Source: Marsupella aquatica
Taxonomy: Eukaryota; Plantae; Marchantiophyta
Assembly (NCBI GenBank): GCA_973895155.1
Contig: OZ316895.1
Coordinates: 8,358,184 to 8,422,183, forward strand
DNA length: 64,000 nucleotides
Reading direction: 5' to 3'
Position 1 is the first letter of the stretch; every line of letters starts with the position of its first letter. The notes beneath the pieces are model-generated. The model was not told where the DNA came from. It saw only the letters and a program-made list of their open reading frames with translations, and made no database searches. Made by a program: the position numbers and the translations under genes. Shown piece after piece: positions 12,530 through 25,675 of this stretch.

Positions 12530-13130
12530 TACAAAGGGACCAAACAGAGTACAAATGAACAAACAAAAGAGGGCCCAAGTGGACAAAACCAATTGAAAAA
12601 GAAGTGAGGAAAAGGGAACCACTAAACACCAAGAAAGAGGAACTAAAAGTAAGAAATGAACAATAGGGAACCCCTAAAAACCAAGAAAGAAAGAGAGACT
12701 AAAACTAACCCAAGCGGACCGAGGTCCTCATCATTCCTACCGATTGTGGCAAAAAGCTAATGGTCCACATCAAGAGTCAAAACTAGATCGGCAAGTGGGA
12801 TTGGAACATCCTCAAGGGGAGCTAGCCGCTGCGGAGGCACACTAGCACCCACTGTAAGAGATCGACGATAGATGGCCCGAGCTTGAGCACGCTGTAAGGT
12901 GACTGAAATGCGTTGGCGAAAGTGCGTGGTCAAAATAGAAAGCGGGGGTCCGGTGGGACCCATTCGGCCATGAACATCCCCGGCAGTTTGCCGAAGAAGC
13001 CCATCAAACTGAGGATGAAGACGCCCAAATAGCTCCACAGCAAGGGGGAGGAAGCTGTCGGATGAAGCTCGTGCAGCATATTTGGCCTCCTTCGTTGTTG
13101 CCGCACGTGACGCTGCTGCCCCTGCAGGGG
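12530..13130 (-). mobile_element. 5'-truncated RLE-type (CRE/R2-like) non-LTR retrotransposon fragment
   Basis: AATTKEAKYAARASSDSFLPLAVELFGRLHPQF...FRQRISVTLQRAQARAI contains the KxxKY, FxPxAVExFG and QRISVxLQR motifs of the C-terminal restriction-like endonuclease. A T-rich 3' tail follows on the - strand. Confidence 0.72.
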
Positions 13131-14476
13131 CTTGTCAAGGCTAGCTTGTCAGCTTGTCAGCTTGTCAAGGCTAGCCTTGACAAGCTAGCCTTGAGGAATG
13201 CTCATGCTGCAACTGACGGTCCTAACAAGTGTAGCCTAGAGGTAGCAGTCTATATTTTGACAATTGAGGTTCTAAATTCAAGCTTCACAAGTCATCCAGC
13301 TTATCTACCAACCCCATCCAAGTGGGGGGTTCACCGGGGTCCTTTGCACCCAAAAGACTTGACCTTCAGAATTTAAAATGAGGGTCACTTTCTCATCACC
13401 AAATGGAAACTTGCAACAACTAAGAGTGAAATTTGGAGAATTAATCTAAATGGACTTGTGGATCAGGTATGTTAAAACAAAAATGACCAGTCAATTTTTG
13501 TCCTTGTTCTTGAGAAGCCCCCTTAGGCATCCTCATTCAACTGTTTCCATTTACTAGCCTAGTTGCAAGCTTTGCTTAAAAATGGATACTGAGCCCACCC
13601 TGCCTTTTCCAGTTCCACCCTGAATGTACCTCTGCCCCAAGAGTCAGAGTTGTGAGGTTTCACTCTAGACTGTAGACCATTATCCTAGCATCAATTGCAA
13701 TTTTTAGATAGACTAGCCCAAATGCCCATGCATATATGCACAAGAAGGGCTCCTGTACCCAGACTCCTATGTCGGTCTCTAGTCATAAGCACAGTCTATA
13801 AATATCATTATTTTTCATCAGATAAATTAAGACCTATGGCTTCACTCTGTTGAAGGTCTTGAAAGGGTAGACTTGGGCCTTGAATTATTTAAGTATTGAA
13901 AGCCAACCTTTAGGGCCAATGGTGTAGAATGAAGCCTCTAGATTGTGACCATTGGGCCCTACTTGAAGTTTGGGTGCAGGTGGAAAACAGGCATTGGGGG
14001 GGGGGGGGGGGAGGTTATTAGTCCCCCAAAATGGTCATTGGAAACCAATTACCAAATCAGTGAAAGGGCCAGAGGTTTGAATAATTTTTATCTTCAAAGA
14101 AGGGACAAACAGGCTAGTACTATATACTTACTATAGATAGATAAATACAATAGATAAATGCTCTATTTATGATCCAAAGAATGTGCAAACAGGCTAGTAC
14201 TGTAGTTAGAGGATACTATAGCTTAGATGGATTTGTCCTTTCAGGTGGTCAAGAAAGTCAGGCAATAGATGATACTACAGACATAGATATATCCTGAGAG
14301 ATTCATTAAGCAGCAAATGTCACGACAGTCAGGCGCATATTCATCCATGCTGCTGATCTCCTCTCAAAGATATCTCGATTTTCGTGTCTCATATCTGTCT
14401 GCGTACTTACCACACTACTTCCCCTCTTTTGACTCGTGCTCAGCAGCAGGCTGCTTCGAGCGTTTCCTAGGAGAAG

Positions 14477-14479
<3 letters not shown>

Positions 14480-14520
<41 letters not shown>
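14480..14520. repeat. (GA)n microsatellite (~20 units), possible GAGA/BPC element upstream of the kinase gene
   Basis: Direct reading of the sequence. Confidence 0.9.
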
Positions 14521-14522
<2 letters not shown>

Positions 14523-16317
14523 GGCCGACTGCTTCAATCGGTATTGATGATTGTGATGGTGGGGTTGGGCGAGGTGGTGGTGGAACACATTGCTGTCATC
14601 AGTCACAACAGTTGTTCTCGTGGCTCTTCCTTCTCCTCCTCCTCCTGCTCCTCTTGTTGACAACAGATGAAGTGCCGACTTTGCAGCAGCAAAGGTTTAA
14701 ATGATAATGATAGTAAGTCGCCTTATGATGATGGCACAGCGGATCGTTGCTGTGTTGTTTGGTGTTAGCATTGAGGTGCTTGCTTTTTGATTCGGGTGGC
14801 TGGCTGAAAACTGGCTGTGTGCCTGAAGAATTGGTTCGATCAAGCTCACTAGCCCGGCCTCCACTTGGTTGGAAGCTTTTAGGTGAGAGCACGGTACCAC
14901 GAGAGACCCACGAGCAAGGAGCTGGCTGGGTACATGAGCTGCACAGTAAGCTGGGGAGGATAAGTGGTGGACCGTAATTAGAGGAGTAAGGGAGATTGAG
15001 AGAAAGACAGACAGACAGACGCTGGTGCTGGTGCTGGTGCTGTCGTCGTTGTTGGGCGAGAGAAGACGCTACTAGAGTACTGGTGGTGGCTATTCTTCGT
15101 CGTCCCTTCTCTCCCTTCCAGTTTGGCTGCCGTGCAGTACAGTACCTGTCTGTATAGTAAGCTGCTGCGCTTTTACCGCTCCGTGAATGACTGACTGGCT
15201 GTCGTCTCCATTCTGTTGGGGTGGGGTGAGGTGAGGTGAGGTGAGGTGGGGCACAGGGGCGGGTCCGGTGGTTCATTCATCCTCGTTCATTTGTTGCTGC
15301 TTTGGGAGAGTTTCTGTCGGCTGCTGCTGCTTTCGTTGTCACCCATCAGCGGAGTCCATTGTCTCTCGGTTTCATCACATCACAGGCAAGACGTTTGCCG
15401 TCTCTAGCATGGACAGAAGGCAGCAGCAGAAGCAAAGTGGGAACGAGAGACATGTCATGAGCAGCAACAGCAGTAGCAGGACGAGGAGCAGGGGCCAGTG
15501 CAGGGCAGTTCTCGGGGGAATGATGGAAAGGAATTCCTCCTTTAGCTCCGGCGCAGATCTAGTTAATGTCAGCTTAGGAGTACGAAGAGGAGGAGACGAA
15601 GAGGCCTAGACGTCCGTCTCTGGTACTAAACGGCAGCAGCAGCGGCGTCGTTGTGTCTCACGTGGGCGGAGGTCCGAGCTTCGATTGGATTTTGGGATTA
15701 AGAATTCGCTCAGGGCGTGTCATCTTTGAGGCTTCGAGATTGAGGACAAGTAGCTGAATGATGGAATGAAGCTGCGGAATTGTGTCTTGGCTTGTGAATT
15801 GTCGGAAGTGGTGGAATCTTGGGCCTGTGGATTGTTGACCGATGACTGCGCTTCTCATCCAGTGGAAATAAGCGTCCCTGATACCTGTTGCACGCGAGAT
15901 TCGTCGTTAGGGTCGACGTAGGGGATGGATTGGTGAGTGCGAAATTCACTTTTGCTGCATCGTCTCTTGTTGTGAAGATTCGGTCTTGGGGAGAGGCAGT
16001 GAGGGAGAAAGCGAAGAGCTTGAGGTTTTATCTCGTATATGTCAACGTAGCAAAAGGTTAGGAAGAGTTGCAGACATTTGAACAGACCAAGGAGTGGAAT
16101 GGTCGCTTTCGATGGCGTCTGCTGATGTGCGGAGACATTTTTGTACTGGAGGAATCACAGAGGACGGAAATTAGTGGCAGGGTTGCTCCGGTCCATGGAG
16201 GGGGAAATTGGGGGAATTCGTTGAAGAGGAGAGTGAATTGTTGTAGTGGTTTGGTGCAACCGAGAACGGTAATCCCTTTGAGCAGTATTTGTTGGTGGGC
16301 TCGTAGATAGTGTATGG

Positions 16318-19300
16318 ATGGGGGCGCGATTGTCCCAAGTGTGGAACGCCCAGACAAGTCTCAAAAAAGAGAAAAAGGGGTCGGGAAATTTGAACTCCTC
16401 CTCCCCCAAACACAAGCATCACAAAGTTAAAGAGAAGAAGAAGCCGACCCTAAAGCGACATAATACTGTTGCCCAAATTCATGGTAGTGACGGGCATCAT
16501 GGGCCGGATAAAGCCCACCATCCGACCCTGTTCCGACATGCTAGCTATGGGGACTTTCGTGATCAGCTTCACGATGACCTCAGATCGGTCTCCAAGCGCT
16601 TTCAGCAAGTGCTGGGGCGCTCAGAGAGCCTGCGGAAGGAAGGTAGAGAGGTGGTGATTTACAAGCAGGACTTCCAAACGAAATATTACTGCAACTTGAC
16701 GTCTCCTCTCTCACATGGCCGATATGCCACTGTAACTGCGGCTATGAGCTGTCTCACAGCCCAAAACGTTGCTGTGAAGATTATCAGCAAAGACAAAGTA
16801 CGCTCTCATTCCTCTTCACTCCCTCGAGGTCTCTCTGTGGTGGTGGTGCTGGGCGGTCCTGCTTTTGATTTGTGAGATTTTGTGGAGGGAAGGGCGCAAA
16901 ATTCCTATCTTTCCCCAAATCACCCGCGGTCTTGAATTCCGTGGTTGTTCGCACCAAAGCGTGATTTGGGGCACGAACAAGTTACTCTCGCTTGCTTTGG
17001 CACGTGAGACGTCTTTTTGACTACTATCCCGGTCATCTGCATGTCCTTAAGGTACAGAATGGTCGCAAGCTGGGCGGTCCACGATGGTACGGGTAGGGTG
17101 AGAGCACGTGATGATTTATGTTACAGTGTACCGGATTTTCTTTTCAATTCCATGGACGAAGCTAAAAATTCATTCAGGGATCGAATTGTAGTCGTAAATT
17201 CTTCTGTACTAGGGTGAAGAAGGCAACGTGCAGATTAAGTGGGAAAAACTTGGGACGATTCCGTTGAAGTTAATCTGGAACTTGCCCTGACTTTATTGTT
17301 CTTGCTACCCGTTGCCATGGCAGCTTTTCGATAAAAAGAGTGGCAAAAGGTGCGCTGGAGAAAATGTGCGGGTGGAAGTCATCGCTTTGCGGAATCTCTC
17401 AAACCAACCGAACGTCGTCAAGTTCCTGGAAGTTTTTGAAGACGAGGCCTTTTTTTACGTAGTCATGGAGTGCGTCCATTCCCCCTAAAAATTTCTTGCA
17501 CTTATTGGCCAAGGTCTTGACATTTTTCCTTTCATTTTAAGTACTTGTCACAATGTATGCCGTGTATTAAACCACCGCTGCCACCATAAAAGGGGCGCTT
17601 CCCCTCCACAGTTCATTTGCCTAGGTGAACAGTACACCTACCCTGCAGGCTCTCCCATTCACTTTCCATCATAGTACCCTCGTGCCCTGAAACGATATTC
17701 GGTGATCTCTGAAAAACTTTGAATTGTTTTTAGATGCCATGTTTTGAGAAACGTAGATGCCTCCTATGGTGAACTAATGAGATGATAGTGATAATTGAAA
17801 TTCCCTGAGATATGCTCGTTCATATACACACGATTTACACTGTATGTGAAATGAGTACTACTGGCTACCCAGAGTACTCCATAGAGGAACTTGTGGTTTA
17901 GTCTGCAAGGACGACTATGAGGGCCTGCCTTTCCGCAGAAGTTCTGTTCCCAGCAAAATGTTGGCATATAGCCCAGAAGGTGACCTCGACTGGGGACTTG
18001 TACAATATGCCCCGTTTTAGAGTGTGCTCTGGAGACCTTCCCTGTGGGTCTGGTGACAAAGATAAGCCGTTAATCCTTTGACTGATGGTCGCCTTTACCA
18101 ACTTGGCGTTTGCTGCAAGCATCTCTTGCAAGGGTCAATGATCGCACTGGGTTTTCATTTTCCGTCACCATGACCGGGAAATCTTGCGACTATTTCGAGG
18201 GATTAAAAGATTGGGCACTGGTATTGACCGGAACAAATTGCGGACCAAATTGTCCACTTAGTGGCGGATGCTATGCGCATTAGATCAGCACTGTTCAACA
18301 GTGAGCGTAGCCATGGGGAGGGGGCCCCTGTGTTGTGGCCCGATTTACATGGGCCAATCGATCGATTACGGACCTGGGAGTCAGCAAGAGTGGCCTTTTA
18401 GTAATGGCATCTCGATTCCTGTTGTCCTGGCAAAAATTCAGGAATCCCAACTCAAGGTGACCAAGCCAATGTGCTCAGTCGTACAATCTGCTACATCTGT
18501 ATGTATTGAAAGGATCCGGCTAAACATATGAGTGTGTATCCCTTAAGGTAAATTCTTTGCTTGCCGAGATTTGTCATGATAACGTATTCATGTTATTTTA
18601 TCAATAGTACCATTAAAGATACGTCCCACAGGTCTAGTATGCGGTAGGAAAGGTGATACTTCTCGCGGCTGAGGCATACTACAGCTGCCTCGTAAAGTGC
18701 GCCTGAGTGAGTGATAATTTCGAGACTCGCTATCGTCCTTACTTATTTTCGATGAGGGTATCCCATACAGGAGGGGTTTACTCCTGTAGTTATTTACACA
18801 AAGTTGGTATTGGTGGCTGCTGTACCCTGCTAGATTGATTTGTTGCCGGAATTTCCTATGCTCGTCAGAGCAATCGAATATAATGTGTTGTACTAATCTG
18901 CTTGGTTAAACACGTGCAATCTGACTCCCATTCATATAATTAAACCAGTGATACGTCTCTGTAGGTTGTGTAAAGGAGGTAATCTGCTAGAGAGGATAAA
19001 CAAAGCAGGGCCCATGAAGGAAGAACAAGCAGGTCTTCTCCTGAAGCAAATGGTGACTGTCACCCAAATCTGCCATTCCCACGGCATTGCTCATCGTGAT
19101 TTGAAGCTTGAGGTTTTCCCAACTACTGACTCTTTAGCGTAGGATCTTTACATTACCTGGGTCCTAATTGTCAACGTGCCGGTTGATATTAATAAAATTA
19201 TAGAGTTGAATATGTGCAGTTGTCGCTGCTTTTCATATTGATGATATTTTTGTCCCTCTCTTCAATTGGGAGCATGAACTCTTTCTTTCTTTTCTCGATG

Positions 19301-20505
19301 TGTTTTTCGTTTTCACATTAGCTAAACGGTTGTTGACAATTTTACGATCTTTGTGGTGTAGAACTTCGTGTTTCTTTCTGATACGGAGGACTACCCCCTC
19401 AACCTGGTGGATTTCGGGTCAGCAGCCTTCTTTAAACATGGTGAGCCGTTAACCTTCGAACACGCCAATGGCAGGCGTGTTTGGCAAGGTCTAATTCTGG
19501 TTATGTCAAGAAGCTAAATCTAAAGCGAAAAGTTGGGGTAGAGATCACTTGTTTCTTATAAAATATGCGCTTCCTTGAACTATTTAGTAGCCTAGTTTGT
19601 TGCCTACAAAGTGGCAAGACATTGATTCTGGGTGCTGGGAAGTGCAGGACAGAGCCGCCCTTTCAAAGGAGCAGTGGGTACCTTCAATTACATGGCCCCT
19701 GAGGTTTATGATTCATGCTATGGACCATCAGCCGACGTGTGGAGCTTGGGAATCATTGGTTTTGCATTACTATGTAGTTTTCTTCCTTACTGTGCTAGCT
19801 CTAATAAGGTACGGTTCGAGCCGAAAATATTTTTATCACTGGGTAGGTTTAGCTGAATGCAGTTATGGGTGAAAAGTCTGCTGCATTTTGTGGTTTCCAT
19901 GTCATATAACTCTTCGGTTTGGCTTGATTCTTCAAAGAAGAGTCCTACAAAATTTCTAGTCATTGGTCAATCCTTGGTAGTATGATACATGAAGCTCGTT
20001 CCTGCAATTCAATTTGATTGCTCTCTCCGTACACAAACTCATCTCTGATCGGGATTACAGGAACTTAGGGATAAGATTAAGAATGAGGAGGTTATCTTTT
20101 CTCAACCCGCTTGGGAGCAGGTGTCTGAAGGTGCGAAGGATCTTATAAAAAAAATGCTGGATAAGAATCCAGACTTCCGAATTACCACTGCTGAAGCTTT
20201 AGGCAAGTACTGCAGTCACCAATGCAATTTATTGTTCATTACACGTTTTGGTTGCTTGTGAACTGAGTTTCCATGAAGGTGAAAGTCCTTCTCCCTTGAG
20301 AACAGGGTAACAGCGTTGACATTTATAGGGGTAGAACAGCATATCTGTAGTCGGTTTTGTAGGACTAGCTTGCCCTTGGCAGGCCCTAATGGCTAAAAAT
20401 CATGTGAACATACTCTCTTTCTCCATTGTTACAGCTTCTGATTTGGGATTATGAACTTGAATCATACATGCAGCTCACCCGTGGCTCGAGCAATGGAAGG
20501 CTTGA
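16318..20505 (+). CDS. Ser/Thr protein kinase of the CDPK/CRK/PEPRK superfamily, ~395 aa, no EF-hand domain. Exons 16318-16797, 17324-17469, 18965-19112, 19362-19440, 19648-19808, 20061-20202, 20474-20505
   Basis: The spliced frame totals 1188 nt and contains VAVKII, VMELCKGG, HRDLKLEN, DFG, GTFNYMAPE, DVWSLG and AHPWL. Intron positions resemble CDPKs. N-terminus is MGARLS (myristoylation-type). Confidence 0.88.
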
Positions 20506-22357
20506 AGTAGGCTACGGCGAGAAATGGAACGTGAGACGGTTGCAACCAACTGCGCCCAAGATTCCTGGCTATCTAGTGGAAGGTGGATGGTGTCTCTTTT
20601 GCGAAACAAACCGTCTCTTATAGGTGTAGTGCATTATCTCCAGCCGGAATGGAGTTAGCCAGAGATATGATAAGACGAAGAACGAGAGGGACGCATTTTT
20701 TCATCTGTGTGCAGAAAGTGATTTCCTGCCAGCCACGTGGACTCTCCGTACTCTTTATCAGATATAACTTGATATCTGCAGCGGGTCTGGTGATTGATCT
20801 TATACTTTCTCCAAAAGAGATTTGTGTAGCTGGTACCAGTGTAGTGACCGTCCTTCTGTAAGACAATGTATTTGAAAATCGATTATTAATTATACACCGT
20901 CAGGTTACCACTAAGGGTTTAATATGATGACCAGACAAAATGTACCTCTGCTTGGAAACCACCATTCACTGGTGTATGAAGTCTGGTCTAGTTGGTGTGG
21001 ACCACAGATGTTGATGTCATATATGTGCTGCCTTGCCCTTGTTACATGTGGCGTGCTTTCGAATATGGCACCGAACAGATTGGTTTAAAGTCACACGGGT
21101 TTCCGTTGTTTTCTTTGGTGTTACTATTGACAGTCAGTTTTCTTGTTAGCCTGTTTTCCACGTAGATTGGTTTTGCAACCCCAAGGAATTCAACAAATTG
21201 GTGAGAAGTGGTTTTGGAAGTCTTCTCATTCTAGTGCTTTTGATAGGCTACCCAAGCGACAACCCTTTCCGGTAAACTTGATTTTAAGGTTGGTGGAAAT
21301 TCCTATGATATACATATGATGCAATGTTCAACGGTACAGTGCCAGATTGACAGATAAGTTACTGTCATGGGTTTGGCTACTTTCTGCTCTAGGCTCATGC
21401 CAACTACAATAGATACAATTATTTTTTCACCTCTCATTTCGCACTTTGCATGTGCAGATACGTGGATCGTGGAGACTCTTTACTATTCTGGATGCTGACG
21501 CAGACGATGATGGTGCTGGCAACTGAAATGGGACTTTGTAACCTCCATAAAATACACTCTCTGCGGCCAGTAACAACGTTTTCAGAGCTAGACTGAGTAA
21601 TCAACTTTATAGGCATCCGCGCAGATACTTTCGAAATTTCAGGAGCAATGCAGGGAATGGTAACGGATGCAAAAGTAGCTTTTGTGACGGGAGGAGGATG
21701 ACTACCAATCAAATTGATAGAATGAAAACACCACATCCATGCGCGTACACTATATCCAGTACAGAATAATGGAAGTGAGTTTCCTCTCGCTTCAAAGGGA
21801 CACCAGCGCCTCATTGTCGAGTGATCTAGCCAAGATGGTTATCGATGTAAGACAGTACGAATGTGTAAAATTTATAAATCCCATACATCGTAAGAACTCC
21901 ACTTCGTGGCAACAGAGCACTTGCATCTCCTTGGATGCTGAGTGAAGACCTCTGTTTGAATCCTGCCTTCACAAATAAGTGGCTGTGATGCTCATTCGTG
22001 TCAACATTGCTCTAAAGTCAATGTAAGAGTTGTTCTAAACTTTTGCTTAGGATACTGAGCATAACATTTCCACTTCGATTTTTTCCTTGCACTTAAAAGG
22101 CCGTAACTCTCGTTTTGTCAGCACGGAACTTCTAGCCAAGAGACAATTGTTTTCTGCATAGACAATGAGGAGAAAAGCTGCACTTGAATGCTAACCTTAT
22201 ACGGTTACGGTAATGACTTTCCTGTCGAGGGCAGCAGTAGATTTCATTCGGATCCAGCCCTCACATACGATAGATAGTGACTCTCTTGTTCCTGTCAACG
22301 TGGCATTCATGCCGTGAGCACCTGCTTAATCAGCGAGGATCTTCACTTGAATCCTGT

Positions 22358-22476
22358 CCTTACAAACTCACGGCTGTGACGCTCTTGTTTGTGTCAACGC
22401 GGTAATTGTGTGAAGGCCTTACAAACTCACGGCTGTGACGCTCTTGGTTTGTGTCAACGCGGTAATTGTGTGAAGG
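22358..22476. repeat. Tandem duplication of a ~59-bp unit
   Basis: ccttacaaactcacggctgtgacgctcttg(g)tttgtgtcaacgcggtaattgtgtgaagg occurs twice, nearly identical. Confidence 0.9.
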
Positions 22477-24018
22477 TGGCAATTGTTTCGCCTGATGCTG
22501 AGCAGAAGGTCTTCCACGTGGATCCTGCCCTCACAAGGAATATTGGCTACTGACCACTCCGTATTAAAAGAGCTGTAGTGCTAAAGTGACAGTTGTTCTC
22601 GCCCTGGATTATTTAGCAGAAGATTCTCACTTGAACCATGTCGGATTCTCACTTGAACCATGTCGAAGTATAAACGGAAGTGATTTTCGGGTTCGCGCCA
22701 AGAGCACCAGTGCCACGGAATTAATTTCACCGCCACTGCGCAGAGGATTTCACTTGGATGCTGTCACGTCCTTTTGTTGCTCAACAGTGAAACAGTACAA
22801 ACGAGAAATTAGCAAGGAAACTGGACGGAGTCTCTCCACTTGGATCCTGCCATCACGCATAAGAAGCAGTGACCTGGTCTCGGTCAACACAGCACTAGTG
22901 TAAAAGAGACAATTGGTTTCAACCAAATAGATTGATAGGCTTTTTTGGTTTATCGTTTGGCATCTCAAGAAAAGAAGTTGACCAGCTCACAGAACGAGAT
23001 TAGCGATTAAACAATGTGCAGAAATAAACGACTCAGCATTTTTATCAGCATTGGACTCCCTGCTAAATACGAAGTGTATTCCAGTGAATTGCAACCTTAT
23101 GATCCAAATCGGAAGGATCCACTGAAACACGGTCGGCTGTAAACGAGAAATCGGTTATTTCACTCAACCCCACACCCAACAACTAGAACTATACCTTCAA
23201 ACTGTATTCGCTTAAGTGTTGTAGTCCATACAAGAGCGGTGATCTACATACTAGATATCCGCGTATTACTTTCTCAAAGTCGTCTATGTATTCTAGGAGG
23301 AGCAATTATCCAATGCAGCCGAGGCTTCTCCTCATGCAAAAATTGTCCACCAAAATCTTCTCTGCATAATCAAGGCAAAATGAGTTCGCGGTCATCTTCC
23401 TACACAATTCATTGATTTGGAACAATGCCAATCTCCTCGTGATCCAGTAAATCTCCTACATCTAATGCATTCCGAAATCACTAGTCTTATTGGCATCTTA
23501 CTGAACTTTCAGAATCCGCGGAGTATCCTCATATGATAACCCAAACGTTTCCCTGAACAGAACTCTGTCACAACAAACCTTCACTGGAAGGACGGACACG
23601 CAAGTGTAGAAGCAGAAGATAACTTTAAAACACTGAACTCAGTTTAGCCACTCATTGTTGATCTTGACAAATCAGCGGTGGCAAATGTCGTAACTCAATC
23701 ATCCTCTACAAACTTCTTGATGATGTCCTTGAAGACCTTCTGCACCGTGAGCAGACGAGGTACCCGTCTCTATCAACGCATGCTGCCGAGTCATAAGCAC
23801 ATCAATGGCCACATCTCTGCCAACAAAGGCATTGGTGATGCAGTGTAGAAACCTCAGTAATCTGCCGTTGATGCCGCCCAAAACCGGACAATAGGCCCAA
23901 ATTTTCGCATGTATTCCCTTTTCAGGAGAGAATTCCAACGAAACGTGCAGCGCCATAAATAGCACATAAGGTGAAACCCGGCGAGGGCCTAGAGAAAAGG
24001 ATGATTTGTACTCTGTTG

Positions 24019-25642
24019 CTATGCAATAACGTCTAACCTGGGCTCATAAATTATACCCTCGATGAATTTATGTGTCCTACATTCCCGAGCTTTAAAAGAG
24101 TCTGGCAGCTTACGCCACCTCTTCTGGGCGAGATCATAAGCGAGCAACTTGAAAGGGCCCCGGTGACTGATGCTGAATGCCACACATAAAATAATATCAC
24201 CATATTGGCAACACTTCATGAGCACCCGCTCGTCCTCCTGGCATTTGAAGTATTCCCGGTCACAGTAAAACTCTACGAACATATCTCGGGGCATAGTGTC
24301 CACCTGCTTCCAAGCGACACTGAGAGGATTCTGCTGCTGCACCAGCTCCCAGATGCACACGCTGTCGATTTTGTAGTTCTCTCCTAGCACGCCTACCAGC
24401 AGAATGTGGCCCTGGTACTGTACAAGCTCCTCGATTCCTACTGTATGAGGCAGGGGAGCGTGGATCTTATTCCAAACTCTCTCTTTCAAATGGTAAGTCA
24501 GCAATAAGCTCCTCTGGTCAGAGCACCTCACGTAAAGCATGCCATTGCCATACACCGGTCTTCTCTTGGGATACCTGGCCAGGAGAGAAGTTTCTGATGA
24601 ATTATCCACACGTGAAAGAGAAAACTTGTGCTTTGCTCAAAATCACATCACTGAAGGTCTTTCATACTATTAAATCACCCCATAACATCAAAATCTAACG
24701 AGGCAAACAAGGACAGCGCAGAGTTAGATTATCCCCGTTAATGCACCCACACAGAGAAGACAATCCATTCCAACTCTGAAATTACTACTAAAGTTTCTGA
24801 GATTGTCAAAGTATTGATTTTCCAAAGGGATGGACTCTAATGCTCTTCAATAATTATGCCAGAATGAAATCAGGAGATGATGGATTAGTAGAAGGCAACA
24901 AATGATCAAAAGTGGTCACAAAATTTCTCAGACGTCAATACGTGTAGACGCTACATCAACGATCTCCTGCCGAGGAGGGCTTAAGATAGAAACGTACCTA
25001 GCAGGAATGATGCCGCTCGTGCTCCAGCAATCGGTTCCCGAGTCATACACCTCCATGGTCAAACTGTCACCGCCATTCTCGCCGGGCACCATGCCAGCCA
25101 CGAACACCTTGTAGGAACTCGTAGCTCGATCCTCCATCACCATCTTCAGCACACTAATGTGGGAGGAAGTCTTCAACACCAGAGGCAGCTTCCGCAGAGA
25201 TTTCGTCAGTGGATTACAGACGAACAGAGTGCGCAACCGGTTCTCGTACACGAAGTAGCACACCAGGCCTCCGTCGGCAGCCGTTGGGTAGGGATTCAGG
25301 CTGCACAGAGGAGCAGGGAGCGGAATCCGGTGCCAATTGTTGCACTGGGGATCGTAGGTGGCCACGATCCGGTGCCCATTTATCCCCAACCGCCCCAAAT
25401 TGGCCGTCACGACGCAGAACCAGACATTGTTGTTGTGGCTGTAGATTGTTCCTCCTGCTGCTGCTGTTGTGGCTGCGGCTTCAGAGTAGGCCTTGAGGAA
25501 GGTCGGCGAGTAGAGGAGTGAAGTCCAGGCCCGACACACGGACCGGAAGCGGAACACACTCTGCACTGGCAAGCGCGCCAGCACGCTCTCGATCAGATGG
25601 TCCGGTAGTTTGGAGAAATCCATCATCGCTCCAGCCGCAGAG

Positions 25643-25675
<33 letters not shown>

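Noticed and set aside
14599-15276. 225-aa - strand ORF
   Set aside because: Low-complexity product of simple repeats, non-domain-like, and antisense to the likely kinase leader.
21950-22890. Repeat-spacer pattern as a CRISPR array (likewise 33601-33758 and 36381-36672)
   Set aside because: Eukaryotic context, degenerate repeats, irregular or absent spacers, and no cas genes.
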